From NCBI GenBank assembly GCA_964510455.1, contig CAZECO010000002.1:2743-66742 (forward strand): DNA of 64,000 bases. Direction: 5' to 3'. Positions 20,065 to 28,843 of this stretch are shown here, piece by piece (the stretch's first letter is position 1; each line of letters starts with the position of its first letter). Below the pieces are notes generated by a model. It was not told the origin of the DNA, did not search any database, and saw nothing but the letters and a program-made list of their open reading frames with translations. The stretch is from an uncultured Actinomycetes bacterium (GTDB lineage Bacteria; Actinomycetota; Actinomycetes; S36-B12; GCA-2699445). Made by a program: the position numbers and the translations under genes.

Positions 20065-20844
20065 ATGACCGACAACCAGCGAACCCAATGGCCGCCGGAC
20101 GTCAGGACCCTGGCGGTCGACATCGGCGGGTCCGGGATCAAAGCATCGGTCCTCGACCCGACCGGCGCCATGACCACCGACCGGGTGAGGGTCGCGACGC
20201 CCTACCCGTGCCCGCCCGCCACCCTGGTCGCCACGATCAAATCGATCACGGGGGACCTGCCGGAGGCCCATCGCGTGTCCGTCGGCTTCCCGGGCCTGGT
20301 CCGGGAGGGCGTCGTCCGCAACGTCCCGTCCCTGTCGCGGCGGGAGTACGGGGGTGAGGCCGATCCGGAACTGCGCAGCCAGTGGCACGGGTTCGACCTC
20401 GGCCAGGCCATGGCGCAGGCGTTCGACCTGCCCACCGTCGTGGTCAACGATGCCGACATGCAGGGATGCGCGGTCGCCCGCGGCCACGGCTTCGAGTTCG
20501 TCCTCACCCTGGGCACCGGAGCGGGTACAGCGCTGTTCAACCAGGGCCGGCTGCTGCCGCATCTGGAACTGGGCCACGCCCCGTTCCGCAAGAGCGACAC
20601 CGTGGAGCAGCAGATCGGCAACGTCGCCCGCAAGACGGTCGGCAACTCCCGATGGTCGAAGCGCGTCATGAAGGCGATCGCCGCCTATCACCAGTACCTG
20701 TTCTTCGACCACATCTACATCGGCGGCGGGAATGCCAAGCACCTGAACGCGGCCGAACTGCCGCCCCACGCGGAGCTGGTGCCCAACACCGCCGGGATCA
20801 CCGGCGGGGTGCGGGTATGGGAACTGATCGGGCCTCAGGACTGA
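20065..20844 (+). CDS. ROK family sugar kinase (polyphosphate glucokinase-like)
   Basis: 259 aa from the ATG at 20065. Reads LAVDIGGSGIKA, VVNDADMQG, LTLGTGAGTA...ELGH. Confidence 0.8.
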   Translation: MTDNQRTQWPPDVRTLAVDIGGSGIKASVLDPTGAMTTDRVRVATPYPCPPATLVATIKSITGDLPEAHRVSVGFPGLVREGVVRNVPSLSRREYGGEADPELRSQWHGFDLGQAMAQAFDLPTVVVNDADMQGCAVARGHGFEFVLTLGTGAGTALFNQGRLLPHLELGHAPFRKSDTVEQQIGNVARKTVGNSRWSKRVMKAIAAYHQYLFFDHIYIGGGNAKHLNAAELPPHAELVPNTAGITGGVRVWELIGPQD

Positions 20845-21425
20845 GCGGCGCCGCCGACTTCGAAGGGCTGCTGCGGTCGGTGCGCGCCTGCCGGCTGTGC
20901 GAGCCGCACCTGCCGCTCGGGCCGCGCCCGGTGGTGCAGGCGGACCCGCGCGCCAGGCTGCTGATCGTCGGCCAGGCGCCCGGCCGCCGGGTCCATGCCA
21001 CCGGCATCCCGTTCAACGACCCCAGCGGCGATCGGCTGCGGGACTGGCTGGGGCTGGACCGCTCGGTGTTCTACGACCCGGCACGCGTCGCACTGGTCCC
21101 GATGGGGTTCTGCTACCCCGGGAGGAGGGGAGGGGGCGACGCCCCGCCGCGCCCGGAGTGCGCCCCGGCCTGGCGGCCGCTGCTCATGCCCTGGCTGGAC
21201 CAGCTCCGGCTGACGGTCGCAGCGGGCAGGTACGCCCACGCCTACCACTTCGGACCGAAGGGCCGGGTGACGGACAACGTCGCCCGCTGGCGCGAGTTCG
21301 GCGACGTCGTCCCCGTCCCGCATCCGTCGCCGCGCAACACCGCCTGGCTGCAGCGCAACCCGTGGTTCGAGCTCGAACTGCTGCCGGCACTGCGCGCGCG
21401 GGTGGCGCAGGCCCTGGCAGACTGA
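20817..21425 (+). CDS. Uracil-DNA glycosylase superfamily protein
   Basis: 202 aa from the ATG at 20817. Reads CRLCEP...LLIVGQAPGRRVHATGIPFNDPSGDRL...PVPHPSPRN. The start overlaps the ROK gene end by 28 nt. Confidence 0.75.
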   Translation: MGTDRASGLSGAADFEGLLRSVRACRLCEPHLPLGPRPVVQADPRARLLIVGQAPGRRVHATGIPFNDPSGDRLRDWLGLDRSVFYDPARVALVPMGFCYPGRRGGGDAPPRPECAPAWRPLLMPWLDQLRLTVAAGRYAHAYHFGPKGRVTDNVARWREFGDVVPVPHPSPRNTAWLQRNPWFELELLPALRARVAQALAD

Positions 21426-21450
21426 CGGCGCCGCCCGTTGCGATACCCGG

Positions 21451-22989
21451 TCACGCCCCGGGCACGAACATCCCGATCACGGCGGCGACGCCCAGCACCG
21501 AACGGGGGTCGTAGGCCGTGCGCCACAGCCCGCCGTGGTTGGCGGCGTCGGCGAACAGGTCCATCGGGGTGTCCACGTCCAGCACCGGATTGGTGAGGCT
21601 GGTCGGGTCGCGCAGGTCCCGCACCAGCAGCGCGGCCATCGACAGGTTGCAGGTGTCCGGTTCGAACACCTCGATGCCGAACCTTCCGGCCCCGGCGTAG
21701 GCGGCGGCGAGCGCCTTGTTCTTCACCACCGACACCGTCCTCGTGGCAGGTGCCACGTTCAGCGAGACGCGCGTGCCGGAGGTGCGGGCCACCACCGCCC
21801 GGAAGCGCTGCAGCCGCTTGGCGAGCAGGTAGTTCGGGCCCTGCTGCGGCACGATGCAGTCGGCGATCCCGACCTCGTCGCCGGCATCGTTGATCACGGT
21901 GTCCTTGTAGTTCGGCTGGAACAGGCCGGCCAGGCGCATCGGGCGCCGGGTGGCGCGCGCCACCTTGTTGTGACGCCACCGCTCGCGCGCCATCGCCATC
22001 ACTTCGGCCGGCACCGCGAACGCGTCGGTCGGCGTGGCCAGGTAGGCCAGCATCACGTCGCCGCGCTGGCTTGCGACGTCTGCGGCGATCGCGTCGCACG
22101 CCATGGACAGCCGGACATGCAGGGCACCATCGGCGTAGCCGTAGTTGGCGAGCACGAAGGGCTCTTCGATCAGGTCCAGCCAGCGCCTCACACCGGGGGC
22201 GTGCGTGATCAGGTTCGCTCCCGCGATCTTCGCCAGGCCCGCGTAGTCGTCGGCCTCCGGCAGCTGCAGGCCCGGGGCGACCGGGACGTGCAGCGTGCCG
22301 GGGGAGTCGACCGCGATTTTGATCAGCCGCTCCCACACGGCGGGCCGCGGCAGGTCGACCGCCCACACATCTGCTCCCCAGTGCAGCAGCTGCTTCAGCG
22401 GACCGAGCTCGGCCCCCGCGCCGAGCAGTACGACATGCACTCCGCGCAGGTCCAGCCACTCGGAGTGGTCGACAACATTGCCGAGGGCGGTCTCGAAGGA
22501 GGGCTCGGCGATGCCGTTCTCGGTCCAGCGGGCCAGTTGCGCCCGGATGTCCGATCCGGTCAGCTGGCGTCCCCGGTACGGCAGCGTCAGCACCGGCGGC
22601 TCGAACGACCTGCTCCCCTCGACGATCATCTCGGCGAATCCAGCGGCACCCGTGTCGGCGACGGCTTCCGCCAGGTTGCGCTCCTCGCCGTCGGCGCCGA
22701 ACACGAACTGCTCATGCAGGATCTTCAGCCCCGTGGATGCGATGTGCCGGGTGTTGGCGTCGGACTTCGCTGCGACCGCTACGACGTCGCGGCAGGGCCC
22801 GAGGTAGTCCTCGCGCCAGTTGCCGACGCCATCGATCTGCCCGGCCAAAGCGGGATCGAGTTCGCGGACGCACCCGGCGAACACCTGCTTGCCCAGCCAG
22901 GTGCTGGCGCGCCTCCCCTTGTGGAGCGGGAAGTCGGCTCCCTCCGCAGCCTTGGCCGACTGCCCCTTGCCGCCCGTTGGTCCGGTCAC
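21451..22989 (-). CDS. Conserved hypothetical protein with a central Rossmann-like GxGxxG segment
   Basis: 512 aa. Reads VHVVLLGAGAELGPLKQLL..ADVWAVDL. The ATG overlaps the stop of the upstream PhaC-like gene as ATGA. Confidence 0.7.
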   Translation of the reverse strand: MTGPTGGKGQSAKAAEGADFPLHKGRRASTWLGKQVFAGCVRELDPALAGQIDGVGNWREDYLGPCRDVVAVAAKSDANTRHIASTGLKILHEQFVFGADGEERNLAEAVADTGAAGFAEMIVEGSRSFEPPVLTLPYRGRQLTGSDIRAQLARWTENGIAEPSFETALGNVVDHSEWLDLRGVHVVLLGAGAELGPLKQLLHWGADVWAVDLPRPAVWERLIKIAVDSPGTLHVPVAPGLQLPEADDYAGLAKIAGANLITHAPGVRRWLDLIEEPFVLANYGYADGALHVRLSMACDAIAADVASQRGDVMLAYLATPTDAFAVPAEVMAMARERWRHNKVARATRRPMRLAGLFQPNYKDTVINDAGDEVGIADCIVPQQGPNYLLAKRLQRFRAVVARTSGTRVSLNVAPATRTVSVVKNKALAAAYAGAGRFGIEVFEPDTCNLSMAALLVRDLRDPTSLTNPVLDVDTPMDLFADAANHGGLWRTAYDPRSVLGVAAVIGMFVPGA

Positions 22990-24122
22990 TGGTCCTCCTC
23001 GCCGATCGGTGCGTCATCCTCGGGATTGTTGTGGGCGCCGGTATCGACGCTGCGCAGGAACTCGATCAGGTAGCGCCAGGTGGTGTCGCGGGCGCGGCTG
23101 CCGGTGAGGACCCCCAGGTGCCCGCCCGGCGCGGTCTCCAGCCGGACGTGCGGCGAGTTCGGCACGAGTTCCCCGATGCGGTGCGCGGATCCCGGCGGCG
23201 CGAAGAAGTGGTCGCCCTGACCGGCGATGTTCATGACCGGGACATCGACGTCCTCCAGTTGGAGCGTGCGCCCTCCCTTCAGCGTCATCCGGCCCGACGA
23301 CAGGTGGTTGGTCCGGATGAAGGTGTGGTAGATCTGAGCGATGCTGCGGCCGGGATAGGCCTCGATCTCGTCCATCATCGCGTCGACCGCCTGGATCTGG
23401 GCGAGCGTCTCCGTATTGCCGCGGTACTTGAAGACCGTGATCGGCTTCTTCAACTGCTTGTCCGGGGACAGCCACTTGAAGATGATCGAGTTCGCCTTGC
23501 CCGGCACTCCGCCCAGCACGCGCACCAGGCCGGTGGTGAGCACCCCCTTGCTCTTGTCCTCCAGGATCCTCACCGGCTCCAGCATCTTGACCTGCTTGAA
23601 GTCGAACGGGCTGGCGACCGTCGCCACCGAAGCGATCGGAAGGTCGGGGTGGGCGGCGTCGGTGAAGACTCCGAGGATCCCGCCGAGGCACCAGCCGACC
23701 AGTTGCACGGGCTTGCCGCCCGAGTCCTCGCTCACAGTGCGGATGGCGTGCGGCACCACCTCGTCGATCCAGTACTCCAGGCCGAGGTCGGAGTCGTGCA
23801 TGCTGCTGATGTCGCCGTAGTCCACCAGGTACAGCGGCCTGCCCTGTTCCAGGAGGAACTCCACCAGCGAGCAGCCCCTGCGCAGGTCGAAGGAGACGGC
23901 GGTTCCGCCCATCGGGGGGACGATCAGCGTCGGGAGTGCGTCGGCGTCGGTCGGGGCCATCGGCGTGTACCGGCGGACCGTGCCCTTCGGGATCTCGGCG
24001 ATGACGTCGGAGGGCATCCGCTCCAGATCGGCGAATCCATCGCCGACCCAGTGCTGGAACAGGTTCTTGATCTCGCCGACAATCGCGTCCGTGTCCGGTT
24101 GCGGCAGATAGTTCGTCGCCAT
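22986..24122 (-). CDS. Alpha/beta hydrolase resembling class III PHA synthase (PhaC-like)
   Basis: 378 aa from the ATG at 24122. Has the lipase-box variant with Cys, GWCLGG (G-x-C-x-G-G), as in PhaC, and a later H in GGHLGV. Confidence 0.7.
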   Translation of the reverse strand: MATNYLPQPDTDAIVGEIKNLFQHWVGDGFADLERMPSDVIAEIPKGTVRRYTPMAPTDADALPTLIVPPMGGTAVSFDLRRGCSLVEFLLEQGRPLYLVDYGDISSMHDSDLGLEYWIDEVVPHAIRTVSEDSGGKPVQLVGWCLGGILGVFTDAAHPDLPIASVATVASPFDFKQVKMLEPVRILEDKSKGVLTTGLVRVLGGVPGKANSIIFKWLSPDKQLKKPITVFKYRGNTETLAQIQAVDAMMDEIEAYPGRSIAQIYHTFIRTNHLSSGRMTLKGGRTLQLEDVDVPVMNIAGQGDHFFAPPGSAHRIGELVPNSPHVRLETAPGGHLGVLTGSRARDTTWRYLIEFLRSVDTGAHNNPEDDAPIGEEDQ

Positions 24123-24325
24123 GGCAGAACGGTAGTGCGGGCGGCGTGCTCCATGCGCTGCAAGGGCCGATGGAGTGTCGATCCGGACGCCGGCGGGTCG
24201 CAGCGGCCCGCGGCTCGGACCGTCCTGCGAGCCCTGCGCGCGGGGCTGGCGTGCCGCTTCCCTCTCCGGCTGCGCGGGCCGGGCATCGGTCGCGGCGACC
24301 GGTTGCAGCGGCGGGGCTGCGAGGA

Positions 24326-24529
24326 CCTGCACCCGCTGCGGGGCGGATCCGGCCTGAGTCTGCACCCGGTCCCTCTTTGCACCCGTCGAGGGGGCGGATC
24401 GCCCGCGACAGACCGCAGGTAACCCGCGCTGCGGGCGCAAAGCCCCGAAACGGTGCATCAACCGGCCACGAACCACCGGAACACCCCCCGGGGGGCGGGT
24501 GCAAACCCCGGCCGAGCGGGTGCAGACTC
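24326..24529. repeat. Cluster of TGCACCCG-core repeats forming a long imperfect inverted repeat
   Basis: GAGTCTGCACCCG (24356-24368) and TTTGCACCCG (24376-24385) recur inverted as CGGGTGCAAA (24496-24505) and CGGGTGCAGACTC (24517-24529). CCTGCACCCGCTG also occurs at 24326-24338. Confidence 0.75.
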
Positions 24530-24629
24530 GCCCGACCGCCTGCAAGATTCCGAAGCACATCGGGTGGACTGCCGCCGGTTCTGGCAGATCGGCGGCAACA
24601 CCCCTGACCCGAACCAGCCCCGAGCCCGG

Positions 24630-26105
24630 CTACGACCCGGCGAGCCGGTCGAGCAGAGCGTCGAGGTCGACCAGAGCGACGCGGATCGAGGAGTCGCTGC
24701 ACCCGTAGGGCAGCACGAGGGTGCGGCCGTGGATCATCGATCCGCACGAGTAGGTGACGTTCGGGACATAGCCCTCGCGCTCGTCGGCGTTCGGTGCCAG
24801 GAGTGGCTCGGGCAGCGTCCCCACGACGGCGCGGGGATCGTGCAGGTCCAGCAGCATCGCGCCGATGCCGTACTGCCTGACCGGGCCTACTCCATGGGTG
24901 AGCACCAACCATCCGGCCGCTGTCTCCACCGGCGAGCCGCAGTTGCCCACCTGGATGAGCTCCCATGGCTGCGATGGCCGATGCACGGTGGCGGAGGGCT
25001 CCCAGTGGGAGAAGTCGGATGATTCGGCCAGGCTCGATGTCTCGCGGTCCCACCGCGACAGGGCGACGTACCGGCCGCCCACCGGGCGCGGGAACAGCGC
25101 CATCCCCTTGTTCTGCGCCGCCCGCCCGCTGGACTGCCCGACGGCGAACGTGCGGAAGTCGCTGGTCTGCAATTGCGCCGGGGCGACCCGGACCCCGTCG
25201 AACGCGGTGTAGGTCCCCCGGTACGTCGTGGAGCCGTCCGTATCGGTGAACCGGACCAGCCGCAGATCCTCCAGCCCGTGGCTCTCGGCGGGCCCGGTGG
25301 GGAGGATCACCCGCTCATCGATCGTCGACCCCTGGGGGAAGGCGAGCCCGTAATGCGAGTCGGCGATCCGTTCCAGCCGCTGCACCACGACAGCCGCCGG
25401 GCCGCGGGTCAGGCTCTGCGCGCGCAGGCCGGCCATCGCCCGGTCCAGCGCCGGGCGGTCGAAAGCATCGGGCAGCTCGTCGAGCACGTACGCCGCGGCC
25501 GCGTAGTCGTCCTCGGCCCGCAGTCCGAGCTGTTGGGCGAACAGGGTCTTGGAGTACGTCGCCGCAGTAGGGACCGCCTGCGCCAGCGGTCGGCCCGGCT
25601 CGTCGAACCGGAGTTGATCGCCGGCGTCGATGGTGCCGGTGCGGAATCCGATGCTCGAGATGTGGCCCTCTCCGACCCCCCGCACGCTCATCAGGAACCT
25701 CGTTGCGCCCGGCGGCAGGCCGTGCTGGTCGGGATGGGCGACCATCGATGGGTTGAACAGGGCCGCCGACTCGACCGCATACTCCTGCGTGAAGTACGCG
25801 CCGGCCAGCTGCTGCCGGCTCGCGGAGAGGGAACCGGGATCCTCCAGCCGGTGGGCGATCAGCCCGAACCGGGCGTCGAACGTCTCGACGAGATCCCGGT
25901 GCCGGGGTCCGAAGGCGCTGATCGCCTGGTCCAGCGCACTCTCCACCTGTGCGTCGGTCAGCGCCAGGATCCGATCCAGGACCGATGTCGCGCGGGAAAC
26001 CCCGGCGGTCATCATCTCCTGGCCGGGAAGGAACAGCGTGGTGACCACGCGCCGCGGGTCCGGGCGGAGGATGTGATCCGTCCGCACGACCAGCGGCCGG
26101 TTCAC
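24630..26105 (-). CDS. GH130-like glycosidase/phosphorylase with an N-terminal extension
   Basis: 491 aa from the GTG at 26105 (GTGA overlap). The C-terminal beta-propeller-like region reads NKGMALFPR...WLVLTHGVG...YGIGAMLLDL..P...EREGYVPNVTYSCG. Confidence 0.7.
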   Translation of the reverse strand: MNRPLVVRTDHILRPDPRRVVTTLFLPGQEMMTAGVSRATSVLDRILALTDAQVESALDQAISAFGPRHRDLVETFDARFGLIAHRLEDPGSLSASRQQLAGAYFTQEYAVESAALFNPSMVAHPDQHGLPPGATRFLMSVRGVGEGHISSIGFRTGTIDAGDQLRFDEPGRPLAQAVPTAATYSKTLFAQQLGLRAEDDYAAAAYVLDELPDAFDRPALDRAMAGLRAQSLTRGPAAVVVQRLERIADSHYGLAFPQGSTIDERVILPTGPAESHGLEDLRLVRFTDTDGSTTYRGTYTAFDGVRVAPAQLQTSDFRTFAVGQSSGRAAQNKGMALFPRPVGGRYVALSRWDRETSSLAESSDFSHWEPSATVHRPSQPWELIQVGNCGSPVETAAGWLVLTHGVGPVRQYGIGAMLLDLHDPRAVVGTLPEPLLAPNADEREGYVPNVTYSCGSMIHGRTLVLPYGCSDSSIRVALVDLDALLDRLAGS

Positions 26106-27115
26106 GTGGCCGCCACGAGCGCCGTGCGCGAGGCGATCTGCAGGGTGGACAGTGCGGCAAGCGTCGACTCGGCGCCCTGGTTCAGGTTGATGCGATCGGC
26201 ATGCAGCCCGTCGGAGCACCCGCCGGTCGAGGCGTCGTAGAGCGCCAGCCCCAGGTCGTTGGCGCCGAGGAACCAGTCGGCGCAGCTGTGCACCGCGTCG
26301 TTCCAGTGCGGCTCCCCGGTCAGTTCGTGGGCCCGCCAGCAGGCCTCGGCGAGGGCGGCCACCTCGATCGGCTGCTGGTCGAACCCGGGCCTGGCCTCAC
26401 CGGGCGCCCAGCCTCCGGCGGGGACCACGCTGATGCGGCCGTCGCGGGTCTGCAGGTCGAGCAGCCAGGTCAGCAGCGCCACCCCGTCGCGCACCATCGC
26501 CGAGTCGTCCAGCGCCGCGCCGATCGCCATGAGCGCTTCGGGGATGACCGCGTTGGCATAGGTGAGCCGTGGCTCGATCCACGGCCAGGCCGCCTCGCCC
26601 GACGGGCGCGGAAGCATGGCACGGGCGTCGCGGAGCAGCCGGATCGCAGCTCGGTGGCCGGGTCGGGCGTTCAGCACCTCGACGGCTCCGAGCGCCGCGT
26701 AGGCCATGGACCGCGGCCATGGGGACCTGGCCCGCATGGCCCGGGCCGCCACGGCCTGCGTCTGCTCGCGGGTCTCGCCCTCCGTGAGGGCCGCCGCGGT
26801 GCCCAGGGCCCACAGCGCCCTGCCCCAGTGGTCGCCGACGCTGGTGGTGTCCGACCAGGAGCCGTCGATTCGGCGCCGGTTGTGGAAGGCTCCCCGGCTG
26901 TCCTGAGCCTTGACCGTGAACCGCAGGTAGGACTGGACCATCGCCCGCGCGGCCCGGGGCGGATCGGGCTGCCGGACCGCGACGAGGAGTCCCCGCGACA
27001 CGTCGTCCAGGCAGTACCCGTGCTCCAGACGGGGGACGGTGAGTCGTGCGTGCTCGAACAATCCCAACGGGGTGGTCAAGCGTTCGAGGTGGTCGAACCG
27101 GGGCTCGGGAAGCAT
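26102..27115 (-). CDS. Conserved hypothetical protein (possible alpha/alpha-barrel glycan-binding/hydrolase fold)
   Basis: 337 aa, translationally coupled on both sides within the GT4...GH130 operon. Confidence 0.65.
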   Translation of the reverse strand: MLPEPRFDHLERLTTPLGLFEHARLTVPRLEHGYCLDDVSRGLLVAVRQPDPPRAARAMVQSYLRFTVKAQDSRGAFHNRRRIDGSWSDTTSVGDHWGRALWALGTAAALTEGETREQTQAVAARAMRARSPWPRSMAYAALGAVEVLNARPGHRAAIRLLRDARAMLPRPSGEAAWPWIEPRLTYANAVIPEALMAIGAALDDSAMVRDGVALLTWLLDLQTRDGRISVVPAGGWAPGEARPGFDQQPIEVAALAEACWRAHELTGEPHWNDAVHSCADWFLGANDLGLALYDASTGGCSDGLHADRINLNQGAESTLAALSTLQIASRTALVAAT

Positions 27116-28212
27116 CAGGCCACCGATTCGGTTGCTCGGGCGGTCAGCTGTCGCGCCGACTGGATGTAGTGCCGCGCCACCGCCGGCCAGAGCAGGCCGG
27201 GGGCGAGCTCGCGCGCCATCGCTGCCATGCCATCGGCCAGGCCCGGCTCGGTCAGCACCCGGCGCAGGGCCCCGGTGATGGCCGATGGATCGCGTTGCGG
27301 AACCAGGAGCCCGGCGCCACCGCCGAGCAGTTCGATGGCGTGCGGGAAGCTGGTGGAGACCACGGGCTTCCCTGCGACGACAGCCTCGGTGAGCACCCCG
27401 GAGGTGACCTGGTCGCGCGAGTCGTACGGAAGCAGGATGATGTCGGCAGCACGCACGATCGCACGCAGCGAGGCCCCGTCGAGGTATCGGTTGTCGAAAT
27501 GCACGGATTCGGCGAGGCCCGACCCGGCGACCTGCTCGAGCAGCGCCCGTCGGTAGGCCTCGCCCTCCCGCTCCAGCACCCGCGGATGGGTCTGGCCAAC
27601 CACCTGGTAGCGCGGACGGGGGTCCAGATCAGCCAGTCCGGTCATCGCCTCCAGCGCCCATTCGATGCCCTTGCCCTGGCCGATCAGGCCCCACGTGAGA
27701 ATCGTGGGCCGGCGGCGGCCGATGATCGGCCCGACCGGAACGGGGCGCCGACGGGCGGTGGCCCGGTTGTCCTCGGCGCCGTGGGCGATCACGATCACCT
27801 TGGATTGCGGGACATCCCATCCGTCGAGGAGCCGCTGCCGGGCGGTGCGCGTCATGGTGACCACGAGCGAGGACGCCTCGACGACCTCATCCAGCACGCG
27901 CCACTGGTTGGGGGTGGGCTCGGTCAGCACGGTGTGCAGGACGGAGATGACCGGGACCCTGGTCTCGGCCAGCACCCTCAGCACGTCTGCGCCGTCGGGG
28001 CCGCCGAAGATGCCGTACTCGTGCTGGATGACCGCGACGTCGTAGGAGTTCAGCGCGGCGGCGGCCCGGCTCTCCGCGCCGGGGCGGCCCGTCACCAGCT
28101 GATGGGCGACCAGCGGCTCGTCGGGCTGCGGAGCATCGACGACACGGACGATCCCGACGTCGGCGCCGGCCCCGCAGAGGTGCGTCACCAGGGCCTGGGT
28201 GAAGGTGGCCAA
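27115..28212 (-). CDS. GT4 family glycosyltransferase
   Basis: The 365-aa ORF starts at the TTG at 28212. It has the GT-B C-terminal pattern (LLPYDSRDQVTSGVLTEAVVAGKPVVST). The conserved GT4 N-terminal strand GILSTYPPTQCG is encoded in frame upstream of the first canonical start (see finding). Confidence 0.8.
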   Translation of the reverse strand: MATFTQALVTHLCGAGADVGIVRVVDAPQPDEPLVAHQLVTGRPGAESRAAAALNSYDVAVIQHEYGIFGGPDGADVLRVLAETRVPVISVLHTVLTEPTPNQWRVLDEVVEASSLVVTMTRTARQRLLDGWDVPQSKVIVIAHGAEDNRATARRRPVPVGPIIGRRRPTILTWGLIGQGKGIEWALEAMTGLADLDPRPRYQVVGQTHPRVLEREGEAYRRALLEQVAGSGLAESVHFDNRYLDGASLRAIVRAADIILLPYDSRDQVTSGVLTEAVVAGKPVVSTSFPHAIELLGGGAGLLVPQRDPSAITGALRRVLTEPGLADGMAAMARELAPGLLWPAVARHYIQSARQLTARATESVA

Positions 28213-28543
28213 GCCGCATTGCGTGGGTGGGTAGGTGCTGAGGATGCCGAATGATGGGCCGATGGCCGAGCCTTCCGTGGGGTGGAGCTGCGCAGCACGA
28301 TCGCTGCCGAACCTGGGCGGGGCCCGTGCTCATCCCCGGGGCGAAGGCCTCTTCGAGGCGGCGCCGCGCGCCGATCCAACCTGGCTGGACCGACAATTGG
28401 ACAGTACCACGGGGGGTATTCGCCCCGGCCGGACCGATGAGGGCCTGGACGGGCGTTGGCCTGCGGGGCGGAGTGTCGGGCGGCGGCGGCATGGTGGATC
28501 GTGGGACCGGGGCGGGGGCCGGTCCGACGGGGTCGGCGGATAG

Positions 28544-28626
28544 CTGCACCCGTTGCGGGGCTTGCTCCTGCAGCGTGGGCTCCCTGCCGCGTATCGGGGG
28601 CGATCCAACCCCGCAGACGGGTGCAA
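28544..28626. repeat. Hairpin-forming pair of TGCACCCG-core repeats
   Basis: CTGCACCCGTTGCGGGG (28544-28560) and its near-inverse CCCCGCAGACGGGTGCAA (28609-28626). Confidence 0.7.
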
Positions 28627-28843
28627 CGAGCCAGCCGGTGCCTTCTGGCGCCCGCCGGCGGGAACGGGAGCCACGGCGCACCCGCGGGCCGGCAGCCCCG
28701 TGGCCTCGCCAGCGGGAACGGCACGCCAGCCAGGCGCCGCGCGGGATTCGGGTTGCCTCTTGTCTGCCGGTGCCTTCCCGAATGTGCGGGCCACCTCCAC
28801 CGGCGTTCCGCCCCGGCCGAGACACACGCCTACACCGAGCGAC

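Noticed and set aside
24300-24560. TGCACCCG-core repeats considered as a possible CRISPR array
   Set aside because: The units are short, irregularly spaced, degenerate and partly inverted. There are no uniform spacers and no cas genes in the window.
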